64,000 nucleotides of DNA from positions 61,070,001-61,134,000 of the forward strand of contig OX597831.1 of assembly GCA_951406725.2 (NCBI GenBank). Direction: 5' to 3'. The stretch's first letter is position 1, and the number at the start of each line of letters is the position of its first letter. This stretch comes from Octopus vulgaris (lineage: Eukaryota). Positions 24,880 through 38,119 of the stretch are shown in pieces. The notes beneath the pieces were generated by a model that saw nothing but the letters and a program-made list of their open reading frames with translations, did no database searches and was not told the origin of the DNA. Both the position numbers and the translations under genes were made by a program.

Positions 24880-25220
24880 TCCAGAGCATGAATGTTCTGT
24901 GAAGGAAAACCTAAATGTAATGCTTAGTGCAGGAACTGGGTGTGTATATGGGTACAGCATGGAAGGAGGTGAAATAAGGGGGCTAGAAATGTTAAAGTCA
25001 AAATAGTACAAGGCCAGGCCATTCTTAAGAGAAAAAGCTATAATAGAATCAATAAAGGTAGAAAAAAGATAACAGCACATTTGTGGGCCACAGTCTACAG
25101 GGATGTCTGAGAGTGAATTCCTTTATCTGGATGTAATCAAGGATGTCTATGTATGTTATGGCGGCAATCTCCTTGATGCGGGACAGTATTGCTCTAACAT
25201 ACACTTACTGAATTGTGAGT
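24880..25220 (-). mobile_element. Old LINE 3' fragment (CR1/Jockey group)
   Basis: Broken minus-strand frames resemble the RRxVxxLxxFYRxxxG..SxL..PP C-terminal region; similar in character to 50880-51270. Confidence 0.4.
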
Positions 25221-25282
25221 TTGACTGGGGTTTTGTGAAGGTGTTCTATTTAACCTTTAGTATTTTTGTCATTTTGTGTATG

Positions 25283-25697
25283 CTCTTTTACTCTTTTATT
25301 TGTTTTAGTCATTTGAGTGCGACCATGCTGGAGCACCACCTTTAGTGAAGCAAATCGACCCTAGAGCTTATTTTTTGTAAGGCTAGTACTTATTCTATCG
25401 GTCTCTTTTACCAAACCACTACATTGCAGGGATGTAAACACACCAGCATCAGTTGTCAAGCAATGTTGGGAGGGAACAAACAGATACACAAACACATGCA
25501 TACACATACACACACATATATATATATATACATATACGACAGGTTTCTTGCAGTTTCAGTCTACCAAATCCACTCACAATGCTTTGATTGGCCCGAGGTT
25601 ACAGTAGAAGACACTTATCTAAGGTGTGACACAGTGGGACTGAACCCGGGACCATGTGGTTGATAAGCAAGCTACTTACCACACATCCACTCCTATG
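25283..25697 (-). mobile_element. SINE family A
   Basis: Reverse complement of the full family A sequence. Confidence 0.9.
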
Positions 25698-26827
25698 CTT
25701 ATATGTCTCTTTAGTTCCAAGTCAATTCTGACCAAGGAAGTCTATGAACAGTGAGATAATAGCAGTTACCATCATATTTTTGATTGAGACAGGCTGAACA
25801 TGGCATTCTCTGAAATATCCAGTCTTCATTGAAGCCTGTAAGTTAAATTTGAGGAAGATTTAGTTATTCTTTCTAGAATGTTGGTGATAGATAAGATTAT
25901 TATTTTTTTCTTTTTTGTGGTTGTTGAAACTATGAGATGTTTATGTGAAAGGTAGTACATTTTGTGAGTAATATGAGGACTGAATTAAAAGATCTAAATA
26001 TTTCTTTTGAGTTTAGGAGTGAAATAAGTAAGAGTTGTTCATCAAGTCACACTATACTATCAGAAAAATAGGGAAAAACACATTCGGTTATATGATGCTG
26101 GATATGCTATGACAAAATGAAAGATGCAATTTTCAGAGCAAGAATTTCTTTTATAAAAGATCTTCTATTTTGGAGCTGACCTTGGGCTATACAACAAGAA
26201 TAACTCTGTTTATAGAACAGGTAAAAGAATGAATATCATCTTTAAAATTGCTATGAAAATACCATCATTTTCCTTCAAGGTATATCCTAGCATTTTAAAA
26301 ACGGATGAATACTTTGGATAGTGTAGTCTTATATATTATATTATATTTGAAGCATTGACAGAATAGTTACTGCTGGAAAACCCTGTACAATGTTCACTAG
26401 AATAGGTCTGGCCTGTGGCTAGGCAAGAGAAGAAATATTTTTGATTGCTTTTATGGATTTAGAAAACAAGACTGCAAATGTGAGACATCAGCTATTTCCA
26501 TGTACAATTTCAACAAATCTAATATAAAGGCATTGTCAAGACAATAATTGACAACTTTTTCTGTTCTATTCTAATTTAATGGAGAAAAACAAAATTAGTA
26601 GCAGAAAATTTTTTTACACCTTTAAAGGTGTCTTCGTTTTTTCCTAAATTCAATATTTTGATATGATGATTGCTAAATCTTAATCTAAAATATCAAAAAA
26701 TTTTCAATCAATGATAAGCTACAGTGAAAGCTGAACATTTTTTTTAGTTATCTCTACAATTTTGTTTTCTAATTTATCACCAAATGAAATTTTCATGATA
26801 TTGTATTAAAAAATTTATGATTATTCC

Positions 26828-26828
<1 letters not shown>

Positions 26829-26918
<90 letters not shown>
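26829..26918. repeat. (TAC)n(TAT)n microsatellite
   Basis: Direct observation. Confidence 0.95.
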
Positions 26919-27079
26919 TGTTGTTGTTATTTTTGGTTTAGCTCAGGTTTGGTCTTATTCCTGTGGGTCTTATTTATGTGGGTAGTGGGTTACCATCTGT
27001 AACCTTAGGCATCCACAAGATTTTAGAAGTCTTTCAAGTCCTTAGAACGTTATATTATTATTATTATTATTATTATTGT

Positions 27080-28350
27080 TTGGAGATGTCTCAGTAACAG
27101 TCTACTGCAACTAGCAGCAAAAAGGAGTATCCTGATTTTTGTGGGCCGAAGAGCAGTGACTCTGCTAAAAGAAGACCCCAAACAAGGGGAATGTTATCGA
27201 TAATTTCCTGCCCATCACTCTGCTCAATGCAGATTTGAAAATGTTGGCCAAGGTGCTGTCATCAAGAAACTGGTTGACAAGGAGCAAATATGCACAGTGC
27301 CAGGTAGAAGTATTCGTGCAACTTCCACCTCATGAGCTACATCATAGACAGGGTTGTTAAGGAACCTGGCATGGGTGGGTCTCTGATCAGTTTGGATCAA
27401 CTAAAAGCTTTTGATTGGATCGACCATTGATACTTAGAGACTGTCCTTAGGGTGGCTTGTTTTGGTCCAGTCTTCCACGGTTGAATCGCTGCTTTATACA
27501 GTGACATCCGCTCGGTAGTTCGGGTAATTGGTCATCTATCTAGACCATTTAACATCACACACTCAGTCTGTCAAGGATGCCCTCTTTTGTCACTTCTGTA
27601 TGTATTGGCTCCAGAGCCACTGCTTTGGAAGCTGGCAATGCTGAGGAGCATTTTCCGAGAACTGGGATGTGAGAGGAGTGTGTCTGCATACTTGGACGAT
27701 GTCACCGTTATAGAGTCAAGCCAAAGGCATATTAACCTGGTCAGCAAGGCTCTAAACGAATAGGAAATGGTAACGGGAGCAAAAATTAATCCGGAAAAGT
27801 TAGTGTGCTTGTGGTTCAGCACTTGGAGGAGCAAGCCTTATGCCGTCTAACAGTGTCTCTATCATGGGACACTTGACAGACGGACTGGTTAAATTGCTCA
27901 GGGTCTGATTCAGTCCCTTCAAATGGAGAAGAACTGGAAGGAGATAATGAGCAGGGTGGTCACCCTCATCCAGCTATGGGCCGAGAGGAAGCTATCTCTA
28001 AAATGTCGAGCTGAAAAGTGAACGCATACATTACATCCATCATCTACTGCCGTGTGACCGTTGTGCCTTGTCCCGACCCAACCATCAGGAAACTGGAACC
28101 CATACTCTACCGCTTTTTGTGGAGGGGAACCGTTCCGGTGGTTAGGCAATCCATTTGCTGTCAACATCTGCAAATGGAGGGCTGGGTATGCCGTGATTGA
28201 TGGTGCGTAGATATGCGCTGATACAGTGACACCTCCAGTGTTTCATAGACTACGGTGAAAAGGTGTGATCGCCGTTTTTGAGACGCGCTTTTCTGCGGCT
28301 GGTCTCATTGACCAAACAGCAATCATGAGTCAAGCAGAGATCACAGAGAT
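27080..28350 (+). mobile_element. L1/Tx1-clade LINE, decayed RT domain
   Basis: NFLPITLLNADLKMLAKVL, PGRSI, LDQLKAFDWIDH, QGCPLLSLLYVLAPEPL, AYLDDVTV, GAKINPEK and FLWRG; multiple stops and frameshifts. Confidence 0.9.
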
Positions 28351-28814
28351 GAACTTTACAGACAACCTTCATACGCCTGTTGCATGACGTTCAATTTTTC
28401 GTGATAGCATATATTAGGTTCGTTAATTTACATTTTGTTGATGGAAAAAATTGGTTTTACATGAAGGTGTTTCATTACCTCAGTATTCTATACATTAGGC
28501 CATTTTCTTATACTGAAACTTTATATTCAAGGAGTACATGGAAACTTTAGTGGATCGTATTATATTTTGAACTAAAGCATCAAGTATTATTTGTTAAATT
28601 TAATGTGAATTCAACTAGAAAGTAAAAGTTGAATAAGAGATGCATGATCTTGAGGCAATGTTTTAGTAATTAATAATTAAAGCATACTTTATGTCATGAC
28701 TGGAGTACAAGCACTTTATATTTACTCAAGAGTAATTGTAGTTTAGGTATGCTTTGATAATGCTGCTAACTTTTACATATTCCATTGAAGTATAGTGAAA
28801 GAGTTAGTGTCCTA

Positions 28815-29037
28815 TCATCATCATCATCATCATCGTTTAACGTCGGCTTTCCATGCTAGCATGGGTTGGACGGTTTGACTGGAGTCTGGGAAGCCAGGAG
28901 GCTCCAGTCTGATCTGGCAGTGTTTCTATTGCTGGATGCCCTTCCTAACGCCAACCACTCCGTGAGTGTAGTGGGTGCTTTTTACGTGCCAGGTGCAGCT
29001 GGCAACTGCCACGATCGGTTGGTGCTTTTTACATGCC
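28815..29037 (-). mobile_element. SINE family D
   Basis: Same tail and core as other D copies. Confidence 0.85.
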
Positions 29038-30902
29038 AAAAAAAATGTTAAGATACTCAGCTGCAAAATTTGTAAACAGCAAAATTCTATGACAAATTTT
29101 CAAAGTGTAAATAAATAAAATTCTTCACGTTAGAAAGTCTACGTTTCTCCAGTGATTATGTATTCATTACCCCACTAGATATTCAAACTGACTTTGATTA
29201 CAGTAGGAAAGGGAAGATGGACATGATATTGTGTTAGTGAGAAAGCATATGTTAGAATTAGTATCATATCTTGAAAATCAACACTAAAAATTTAAGTGAT
29301 GCCAAAGCTGGTATTAGTTAAGTAGTATAGAGGCTAGGGCAAGTGGGTATTAGAAATAAATTTCAAAAGAAGCGTTTCCAGCATTGATTTCGGTGTGATT
29401 CTCTCAATAAAAGGTGAAAAAGGCTATTTTTAAAATGTTAGAATATCTAGACTCCATTCTGTGAATGTTGTAATGTTTCATTCAACAAAGTTGAAATATA
29501 TTTTATAAAGGCTTCAATCAGATTTGTATTATGAATAAAGATTATAACTTCAGTGTTTGATAAAAACAAGATATACATTCATTCTATATAATTCTTAACT
29601 TCTTAGATAATCTTGTTGTCGAAAAATAAAATGGAAACTGCTACTATTGCTAACACACAGAGATCTAGTTGAATCTATTTTTCTGAATTGCTACAAATTT
29701 TCTCATATACAATCAATGAAAACTTTATATAGAATATACAGAATGATTTTCATTTTTCTCATAATGACACCGTGACAGTAGGATAAAATTGATAAACACC
29801 TATTGATATATTACACTACCTGTTTTTTTTTATGATTCACATTCTATACAACGATATACAAACAAATAAATTGATATTGTTTGTTGCTTAAATGATAAAA
29901 AATAAGAACCCAACACTGATTACTAAAGCCACATACTGAGTTTGCTAGAAAGAATAACTTGCTCAAATAGTGATGTGCTTTTACTTATATGAATGAACAA
30001 ATACCAATGCTATATAATATTTTCCCCTCAAGCTATTGTAAGTGAAATGAATGAAATATATTGAAGCGAAGTTGACTTGCTTCTTTTCACTTCTGTCTAG
30101 TTATAATATTGATAAATTTATTTTTAAGAAGTAACATTATATATTTATATATATATAGTAGAAATATGTTACAAAAAGAAAATATAAAATACACATGGAA
30201 ATGTAAGGGGAAATATATATATATATATATATATATTTATACTTGAAACAGTATTTTTTCTTCTACAAACTTATGCTGGAGACTAACGCTAAAATATTTT
30301 CACTCTATTATCAAATTTTTGAATCATAGTTGATTTTATGTTGTTACACTAAGAAAATGATTGACAAACAACTATTGATATCCATGAGATTTGAAGATAG
30401 TCAAGTGGCGGGTTGCTAAAGTATATGTCAAAAGATTATCACTTCTTTAATCTACATTGTCGACTCTCAATGTCTTAGATAACTAGTCTTTCAATAACAA
30501 CAGTAGGTGCAGCTTAGTGCATGAAGATAGCTGAAAATATTGAATCATTGATAAGTATTTTGTTAGCTAGTGTGCTGAGTGTTTCAGTTCTTGAGGCCAA
30601 GCCATTATAGCAAAAGTCCATTTCTTCCTCTTCTTAGCAAGTCCTTTGAGTGGCTTTTAAATGATTAGTGAAAACAAAGCCACAATCTGAATACATCTTT
30701 CTTGACCTTATTGCTGAGTATACCTCTTTCAAAATTCTTTCAGTTCATTTACAGCACTGAATTTGAACATTTTTACTGCAGCATGTTGAAATTTTCATCT
30801 TTGAAATAAACCTAAAAATACTTGTAGAATAATTGAATAAACCTTGTAGAAAAATTGATTATTGAGAAAGATTTTATTTCACAAAAATATATATATATAT
30901 AT

Positions 30903-31021
30903 ACAACTTTGCTTTTCATCCTTTCAGGGTCAATAAAATTAGTACCAGTTACACACTGGGGTCGATGTAATTGACTTAATCCCTTCCCCCAAATTTGAGG
31001 CCTTGTACTTCCACTAGAAAA
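30903..31021 (+). mobile_element. SINE family B fragment
   Basis: ACTTTGCTTTTCATCCTTTCAGGGTCAATAAAATTAGTACCAG core. Confidence 0.75.
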
Positions 31022-31041
31022 GATTATTATTACTATTATTA

Positions 31042-31077
<36 letters not shown>

Positions 31078-31078
<1 letters not shown>

Positions 31079-31477
31079 GGCGTAGGAGTGGCTGTGTGGT
31101 AAGTAGCTTGCTTACCAACCATATGGTTTGGGTTCAGTCCCACTGCATGGCACCTTGGGCAAGTGTCTTCTACTATAGCCTCAGGCCCACCAAAGCCTTG
31201 TTAGTGGATTTGGTACACAGAAGCTGAAAGGAGCCCATTGTGCATATCTATATATATGTATGTGTATCTGTATTTGTCCCCCCAACAGCGCTTGACAACC
31301 GATGCTGGTGTGTTTACGTCCCTGTAACTTGGCGGTTCAGCAAAAGAGACCGATAGAATAAGTAGTAAGCTTACTAAGAATAAGTCCAAGGGTCGATTTG
31401 CTCGGCTAAAGGCGGTGCTCCAGCATGGCCACAGTCATATGCCTGAAACAAGTAAAAAGAGTAAAGAGTAAAAGAGT
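31078..31477 (+). mobile_element. SINE family A, full length (tRNA-like head, CORE-like CCTTGGGCAAGT region, (AAAGAGT)n tail)
   Basis: GGCGTAGGAGTGGCTGTGTGGTAAG (box A-like) and GGTTCAGTCCC (box B-like); about 10 homologous copies in the window. Confidence 0.9.
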
Positions 31478-31609
31478 ATATAAACATTGAGTTTGATAAA
31501 ATATAGTTTGAAATTTTTCCATATACTTATAAAACAAGAGTAATGCCAGGCAATTTAGAATGTTACACTTTAATAACTTCTTAATTGCTGAGTACATTTT
31601 TATGCTATA

Positions 31610-31960
31610 CTCTTTACTCTTTTACTCTTTTACTTGTTTCAGTCAGTTGACTGTGGCCATGCTGGAGCACCGCCTTTAGTCGAGCAACTCGACCCCGGGA
31701 TTTATTCTTTGTAAGCCCAGTACTTATTCTATCGGTCTCTTTTGCCAAACCGCTAAGTAACGGGGACATAAACACACCAGCATCGGTTGTCAGGCAATGC
31801 TAGTGGGACAAACATAGACACACAAACACACACACGCATATATTTATATATGCATATATACGACGGGCTTCTTTCAGTTTCCATCTACCAAATCCACTCA
31901 CAAGGCTTTGGTCGGCCCGAGGCTATAGTAGAAGACACTTGCCCAAGGTGCCACGCAGTA
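31610..31960 (-). mobile_element. SINE family A, head truncated
   Basis: Reverse complement of family A with (ACTCTTTT)n tail. Confidence 0.9.
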
Positions 31961-31989
31961 AGACTGAGGATGGGTTCGTCTTTTTGAGA

Positions 31990-32050
<61 letters not shown>

Positions 32051-32059
32051 TTATATTTA

Positions 32060-32343
32060 TCACCATGACTGACCAGGCTATCAAGTGTTGCTACTCATCG
32101 CTGGTCACAATGTGCTTCGCATTGTTTTAGCCTTCAAATGATTCTGGCTAAGCAAGCAGGCCAACAGAAGAAAGAGTGAGAGAAAGTTGTGGCGAAAGAG
32201 TACAACAGGGATCACCACCACCCCCTGCCGGAGCCTCATGGAGCTTTAGGTGTTTTCGCTCAATAAACACTCACAATGCCCAGTCTGAGAATCGAAACTG
32301 CGATCCTACAACTGCAAGTCCACTGCCCTAACCACCAGGCCAT
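32060..32343 (-). mobile_element. SINE family C (tail variant)
   Basis: GAGTGAGAGAAAGTTGTGG...GAATCGAAACTGCGATCCTAC...GCCCTAACCAC matches 35436-35818. Confidence 0.8.
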
Positions 32344-33192
32344 ATATATATATATATATATATCAATATTTATTTTATTCAGTTGCAATGGGAAGTACAT
32401 CAAACCATAAATTTACAGAGCTAAACTAAATAATTTAGCTGAGAAAAGTTATACTCCCTGATCTTTATATCTATATGTGATCTGATTTCACATAAAAATT
32501 TAACAAACAATAAAGTACTTAACCATGACTAAATTATCATAAAACATAAACTGATTTACCTTCATTCAAAAGAAAATTTAATTCCTGTTCATTTAAAGAC
32601 TTGGCTGTTGTCGCAACTCTCATCAAATCATAAAAATTTTCAAAGCTAATTTTTGCACACAGTTGTAGATAGTGGATAAAATAAGACTATGAACAACTTC
32701 TTGTAAATTGCTTTACAAATTCAACAATTCTGCTAGCCATGGAAAAGATATCTTCTGAACTAACTAAAGCTATTTTTCACAAATATATCCACCAATTACT
32801 AAACACTCTAAAAGCAGAAACGCTTATGTCATTTCTCAACATTACATTGAGACAAATTCTTTATCTTAGTCAGTTCTTATAAATTTCAGTAAAAATATCA
32901 TGCATTAATAGATAATTGAGCATATTACGTAATATCAAAAGAAATTGCATTTGATTTTCTGTTAGCATTCAATATCAAACACCTATCATTAATACTATTT
33001 TTGCTATTTGATGGCCAACAAATGAGAAAAAGTGTATATTTAACAAATTTTCTATAGTAATTTCCCAATAAATTATTATATTGTTAATTTTCCATAGTCA
33101 AACAATGTTGTAACTTGTAGTTACTAAATGGGAAGATCTTACATAGAATTTAAATAAGTTCACTCATTGGAAATGTTTTAAATGCAGTTGCT

Positions 33193-33319
<127 letters not shown>

Positions 33320-33374
33320 CACCGTGATCACCGTGACCGACCAGGCCATCAGATGTTGTTACACATCGCTGGTC

Positions 33375-33890
33375 TGTGTGTATCATAAGTGTGTCTATAG
33401 CCAGCTGGAGGAGATGTCTTCCTGGGGCTAAAAACTACAGTAGCATCCACCCTTAGGAGTTAGCCATATTCAAATGGTATATTTACATCACGATGTGTTT
33501 CTGCAACTGTTGATAACTCACTCTGATATTTATCATTGTTTGATTTCACTTTTTCAATATCAGTGTCACTGAACACTGGAAAAAGTATATGTATTTGTAA
33601 AGAGAACCTCCTTCCTATCGACAACTCTGATTGTCACACACTGATGATAGGTCAATACTTTGAAACTCGGGTCCGTCTGTATCATAAGTTGAAGACGGGA
33701 AGGATGACTTCCCTTTGCAAATACTGATAGGGTACAGAAAGTGTGTCTATAGCCAGGTGGAGGTGATGTCTTCCTGGGGCTAAAAACTACGGTAGCATCC
33801 ACCCTTAGGGGTTAGCCATATTCAAATGGCATACTTACATCACGATATGTTTCTGCTACTGCTGATAACTCACTCTGATATTTATCATTA
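33375..33890 (+). mobile_element. Partial tandem repeat (period about 352 bp) containing an HHR motif; retrozyme or PLE pseudo-LTR-like
   Basis: 33387-33537 repeated at 33739-33889; HHR core at 33635-33679; followed by (TA)n. Confidence 0.65.
33635..33679 (+). ncRNA. Degenerate minimal hammerhead ribozyme motif
   Basis: CACACA-CTGATGA-TAGGTCAATACTTT-GAAAC-TCGG-GTC-CGTCTG; the upstream copy has TGTGTG at the stem I 3' position, which pairs fully with CACACA. Confidence 0.6.
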
Positions 33891-34349
33891 TATATATATA
33901 TATTAATCAAAGTGAACAGTATTAGATAACCATAAAACAATAATACAACATGAGGATGGAAAATAGCAGACTTTAATACAAATCACATTTGTTTCTGACA
34001 TTTGAGAAGCACGTACACTGGGCTGTTGCTGAAAAATATTTAATTACAGAGTAATTCTAAAGAATAATCTTATATAATAATATATAAGTATAAACTCAGC
34101 AACTTAAAGCTGGTGTCTGGTGCAGAAACAAATGTTGCGATTTGTTATTAAAGCCTGCAATTTTCAATCCTTGTTTTGCATAATTCTTATATTAATTCTG
34201 TACAATAGCTCAGTTCCACATGTTTATCCAGCCTTAGAAAATATCCTGGTGTAGAGTTGAATATGGTAGCCAATAACAGTATAGGAAGATTTAAATGAAC
34301 ATCATGAGGTTAATGCCTAAATTATACTACTACCACACACACACACACA

Positions 34350-34870
34350 ACACATAGCCTTCAACAAGTGCCTGGAGGGTGTAGTGCTGCCATGAATCAA
34401 GGGGGTTGCTGCTGAAAGAACCTATGTTTGGCAACACGACTCTGCACTATGCCACACAAGCAAGAGAACCCAGTCATGGCTGTCCGACAATTTCTGCGAC
34501 AACATTACCCCTAACATTTGGCCACATAACTCCCCATACCCTAATTCCCTTAATTATTGTGTGTGGGTCACAGTTGAGTGAGAGACCAACAAAACTTCTT
34601 GTAACACCAAAGATGAACTGAGAGCAAGTATCATGGCAGCATTTACCAACTTAAACAAGGCGACTGTCCAGAAGAGTTGCAGGAGATTCCAAAGTCATCT
34701 GGAGACCATGGCTGAAGCCAATGGCAATTTTATTGAATAAATTTACTGTTTAGTATTTTAAGATATTCTTATGTAATTTTTGTAAATATATCTGTTAAAA
34801 TGAGATGTCAGATTTATTTCCTTTTTACATAATTTACATCATTTAGACAACAATTTATTACCCACACCAT
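34350..34870 (+). mobile_element. Tc1/mariner (maT/DD37D-like) transposase 3' fragment
   Basis: YVWQHDSALCHTSKRTQSWLSDNF...WPHNSPYPNSLNYCVW (cf. QQDxAPxH and WPPxSPDLNPLDY); subfamily assignment tentative. Confidence 0.8.
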
Positions 34871-34906
34871 ATATGCATGTATGTATGTATAAATGTATGT
34901 ATTTCA

Positions 34907-35122
34907 GGCGGTGAGCTGGCAGAAATGTTAGCACGCCGGGCGAAATGCTTGTCTGCCGCTACGTTCTGAGTTCAAATTCTGCCGAGGTCGACTTTGTCTT
35001 TCATCCTTTCGGGGTCGATTAAATAAGTACCAGTTATGTACTAGGGTCGATGTAATCGATTTAGTCCCTTTGACTGTCCTTGTTTGTCCCCTCTATGTTT
35101 AGCCCCTTGTGAGCAATAAAGA
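34907..35122 (+). mobile_element. SINE family B, single-core form
   Basis: Family B head, one core, tail CAATAAAGAA. Confidence 0.9.
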
Positions 35123-35435
35123 ATTGTATGTATTTATGAATGCATGCATGTATGTATGTATGTATGTATGTGTGTATGTATATGTTTATGTCTTAGCAAT
35201 GATAGCAGAAAATAAGGATGTGTGAACTGAAAAAAGCTAAAATCATGCAACTGAAATAATCTGTGTTAACCTCTGCAAGTAATCAATGATGCATTGCCAC
35301 TTCATTAATTTATAAAGTGACAACAAGTTTTGCTATAAAATGTGCTATTTCAACAAACATTACAAAATGCAATTTTTAAACATTTATGTTTTAAGCTTTA
35401 GAAACTTCTTTCATCAAATTAGCAAACTTTTAATA

Positions 35436-35818
35436 GTGGAAGCACTCCGTCAGTTACGACGATGAGGGTTCCGGTTGATCAGATCAATGGAACAGCCTGC
35501 TCGTGAAATTAACATGTAAGTGGCTGAGCACTCCACAGACACGTGTACCCTTAACGCAGTTCTCATGGATATTCAGCGTGACACAGAGAGTGACAAGGCT
35601 GGCCCTTTGAAATACAGGTACAACAGAAACAGGAAGTAAGAGTGAGAGAAAGTTGTGGTGAAAGAGTACAGCAGGGATCACCACCATCCCTGCCGGAGCA
35701 TTGTGGAGCTTTTAGGTGTTTTCGCTCAATAAACACTCACAATGCCCGGTCTGGGAATCGAAACCGCGATCCTACGACTGTGAGTCCGCTGCCCTAACCA
35801 CCGGGCCATTGCGCCTCC
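35436..35818 (-). mobile_element. SINE family C, full length with TSD
   Basis: Minus-strand tRNA-like head GGAGGCGCAATGGCCCGGTGGTTAGGGCAGCGGACTCACAGTCGTAGGATCGCGGTTTCGATTCCC; AAACTTTTAATA repeated on both flanks. Confidence 0.9.
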
Positions 35819-36569
35819 AAACTTTTAATAACACAGTATCTGACTATGCGTGTCAAGTAAAAATCTGCTGCAATTTTCTGCTGATTCCTGGTATAGGCTC
35901 ACCTTCATTGATTTATTGCATCTGCTGCAGGAATTGTCTGCGACTCAGATCAGTGGTCTGTTAATCTGAATATAAACTATAATATATGTATAAGCCATAC
36001 AAAAGTTCCTGTACTACATTCAAACGTTCAATATAGTATTCAATCCCAAGGAGTTGGTATTATTTATGGCTGTGTCATCTGCCACCTCACATTTGGTTAT
36101 TTAAATTTCATCTTTCTACTCATCAGATTAGATTCAAAATATTGTATAGGTGAGCCATTGTTCAGACTATATAGGCACGCATGTAGAGAGAGAGAAAAGG
36201 AAAGCAAAGATAGGGAAAAAGAGAAACCATTCAGTTTCTAGTATTTGTCAAGGTGTGAGTGTTGGGAAGGTTATTGATATATATATTTACTGGATAACCT
36301 TTGGAACTGAATTGAGATTTGATGAGATATTGCGAGGTTGCATATTGTGCAGTCAGTTGTTTATATTCGTCTCTGGTCATTTATGTTTCAGCAGAAGTTT
36401 AAAATGAATGCGTTGCAGAAAGGTTCACATTCAGAAAAATGTATTTTTGCTGACATCAAATATGCTACAGATCTTTTCTATACAAGGTAGAAAAATTAAA
36501 TGGTAGATAGTGATTTCAAAACGAGCATTCCGTGACTAGTTACATGAGATTATCCAATTATAAAGGACT

Positions 36570-36985
36570 ATCATCATCATCATCTTCATCATCGTTTAAC
36601 GTCCGCTTTCCATGCTAGCATGTGTTGGACGATTTTGACTGAGGGCTGGCGAACCAGATTGCTGCACCAGGCTCCAATCTTGATCTGGCAGAGTTTCTAC
36701 AGCTGGATGCCCTTCCTAATGCCAACCACTCCAAGAGTGTAGTGGGAGCTTTTTACGTGCCACCAGCACGGGGGCCAGTCAGGCAGTACTGGCAATGACC
36801 TCACTCGAATCTTTTTACACATGCCACTGACACAGGTGCCAGTGAAGTGATGTTGGTAATGATCACGCTCGAATGATGCCCTTTGAGGTGCCATGGGTAT
36901 GGAAGCCAGTTGGCTGCTCTGGCAACGATCACACTCATATGGTGCTCTTTGCACCCCGCTAGTACGGATGCCAGTCATCAAATTG
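36570..36985 (-). mobile_element. SINE family D with about 3 internal repeat units
   Basis: Family D tail and core plus repeated GCCAGT..ACTGGC units. Confidence 0.85.
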
Positions 36986-37071
36986 ATTTTGATTATACAT
37001 GTATATAAGCAAAATTGTATGTCTAGATGAGGCCTTAACTACATAAGGAATTTTGAATATTTGATGAAGAT

Positions 37072-37435
37072 TGGCATGGCTGCATGGTAAGAAGCTTGCT
37101 TTCCAACCACAGGGTTCCAGGTTCAGGCTCATTGTGTGACACCTTGGGCAAACGTCTTCTAGCATAGCCTTGTGCTGACCAAAGCCTTGTGAGTGGATAT
37201 AGTAGATGGAAACTGAAAGAAGCCTGTCATATATATATGTATGTGTGTGTGTATCTTTGTGTTTGTGCTTGCCTCCCCCTCACTCAACAACTAAGGGTGG
37301 GGTGTTTATGTCCCCAGAATTTAGTAGTTTAGCAAAAGAGACTGGTAGAATAAGTACCAGGACATTACAAAAAAAAGTACTGGGGACAAATCTGGATGCC
37401 CACAGTCTAATCAATGAAACAAGTGAAAAATAAAA
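37072..37435 (+). mobile_element. SINE family A, older copy
   Basis: Diverged match to family A. Confidence 0.8.
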
Positions 37436-38119
37436 GATTGTAAATCGCTTGTTCCTGTTGGTTATACACATTTCACTACAATTTAAAAATTTTAATTGTT
37501 TCAGGTAATATTAATTCATCTTATTGTACCCTAAAATTTTCTTTATCACATATTGCCAAGATTTATACATTCTAAAAATCATTCATGGAAATAAGTAGGG
37601 CTCGAAGTATTATACACTTATGAAGATTGTTATGTCTGTGAAAGGTAACTAGAGAATGAAAACTTAAAATTTAGAGACTACTGGATATTATAACCTATGA
37701 ACTTTTCAGCCCACCCTCATATGAACATCATTGACTCCCCTATTCCCCACCTCGTAAAGACTTCTAAAGAATGAAGGATTTTCAATTCTTCCCTTTTGAT
37801 TTTTTTGTCCACTTTTGCACCAGTTTCAAAGAATTGTTAGACTGCTGTGTTGGACTATTTGCTTTAGCTCTTTGAGTTGTGATGGCTAGGTGGGGGTCCC
37901 TGGTTTAAGTGCCCCAGTGTTTTGAGGCATAGAACTATTTCTTAGCCACTGTTATTCCCAGGTCTAGTCTGACCAAGAGTTGAAGCACCTCTCAGTATGC
38001 CAGCTATGAGTCAAATATCAGGGAAGTACCCAAACCAAGGTATGTAGATATCATAGAATGTTGTATGGTGAGTGTAAATTATTTCAGCAGATGAACTCAT
38101 TGAGTCTATGGTGACTATC

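Noticed and set aside
35745-35818. tRNA gene
   Set aside because: It is the tRNA-derived head of SINE C, lacks a proper acceptor stem and continues into SINE body; the same applies to family A and B heads
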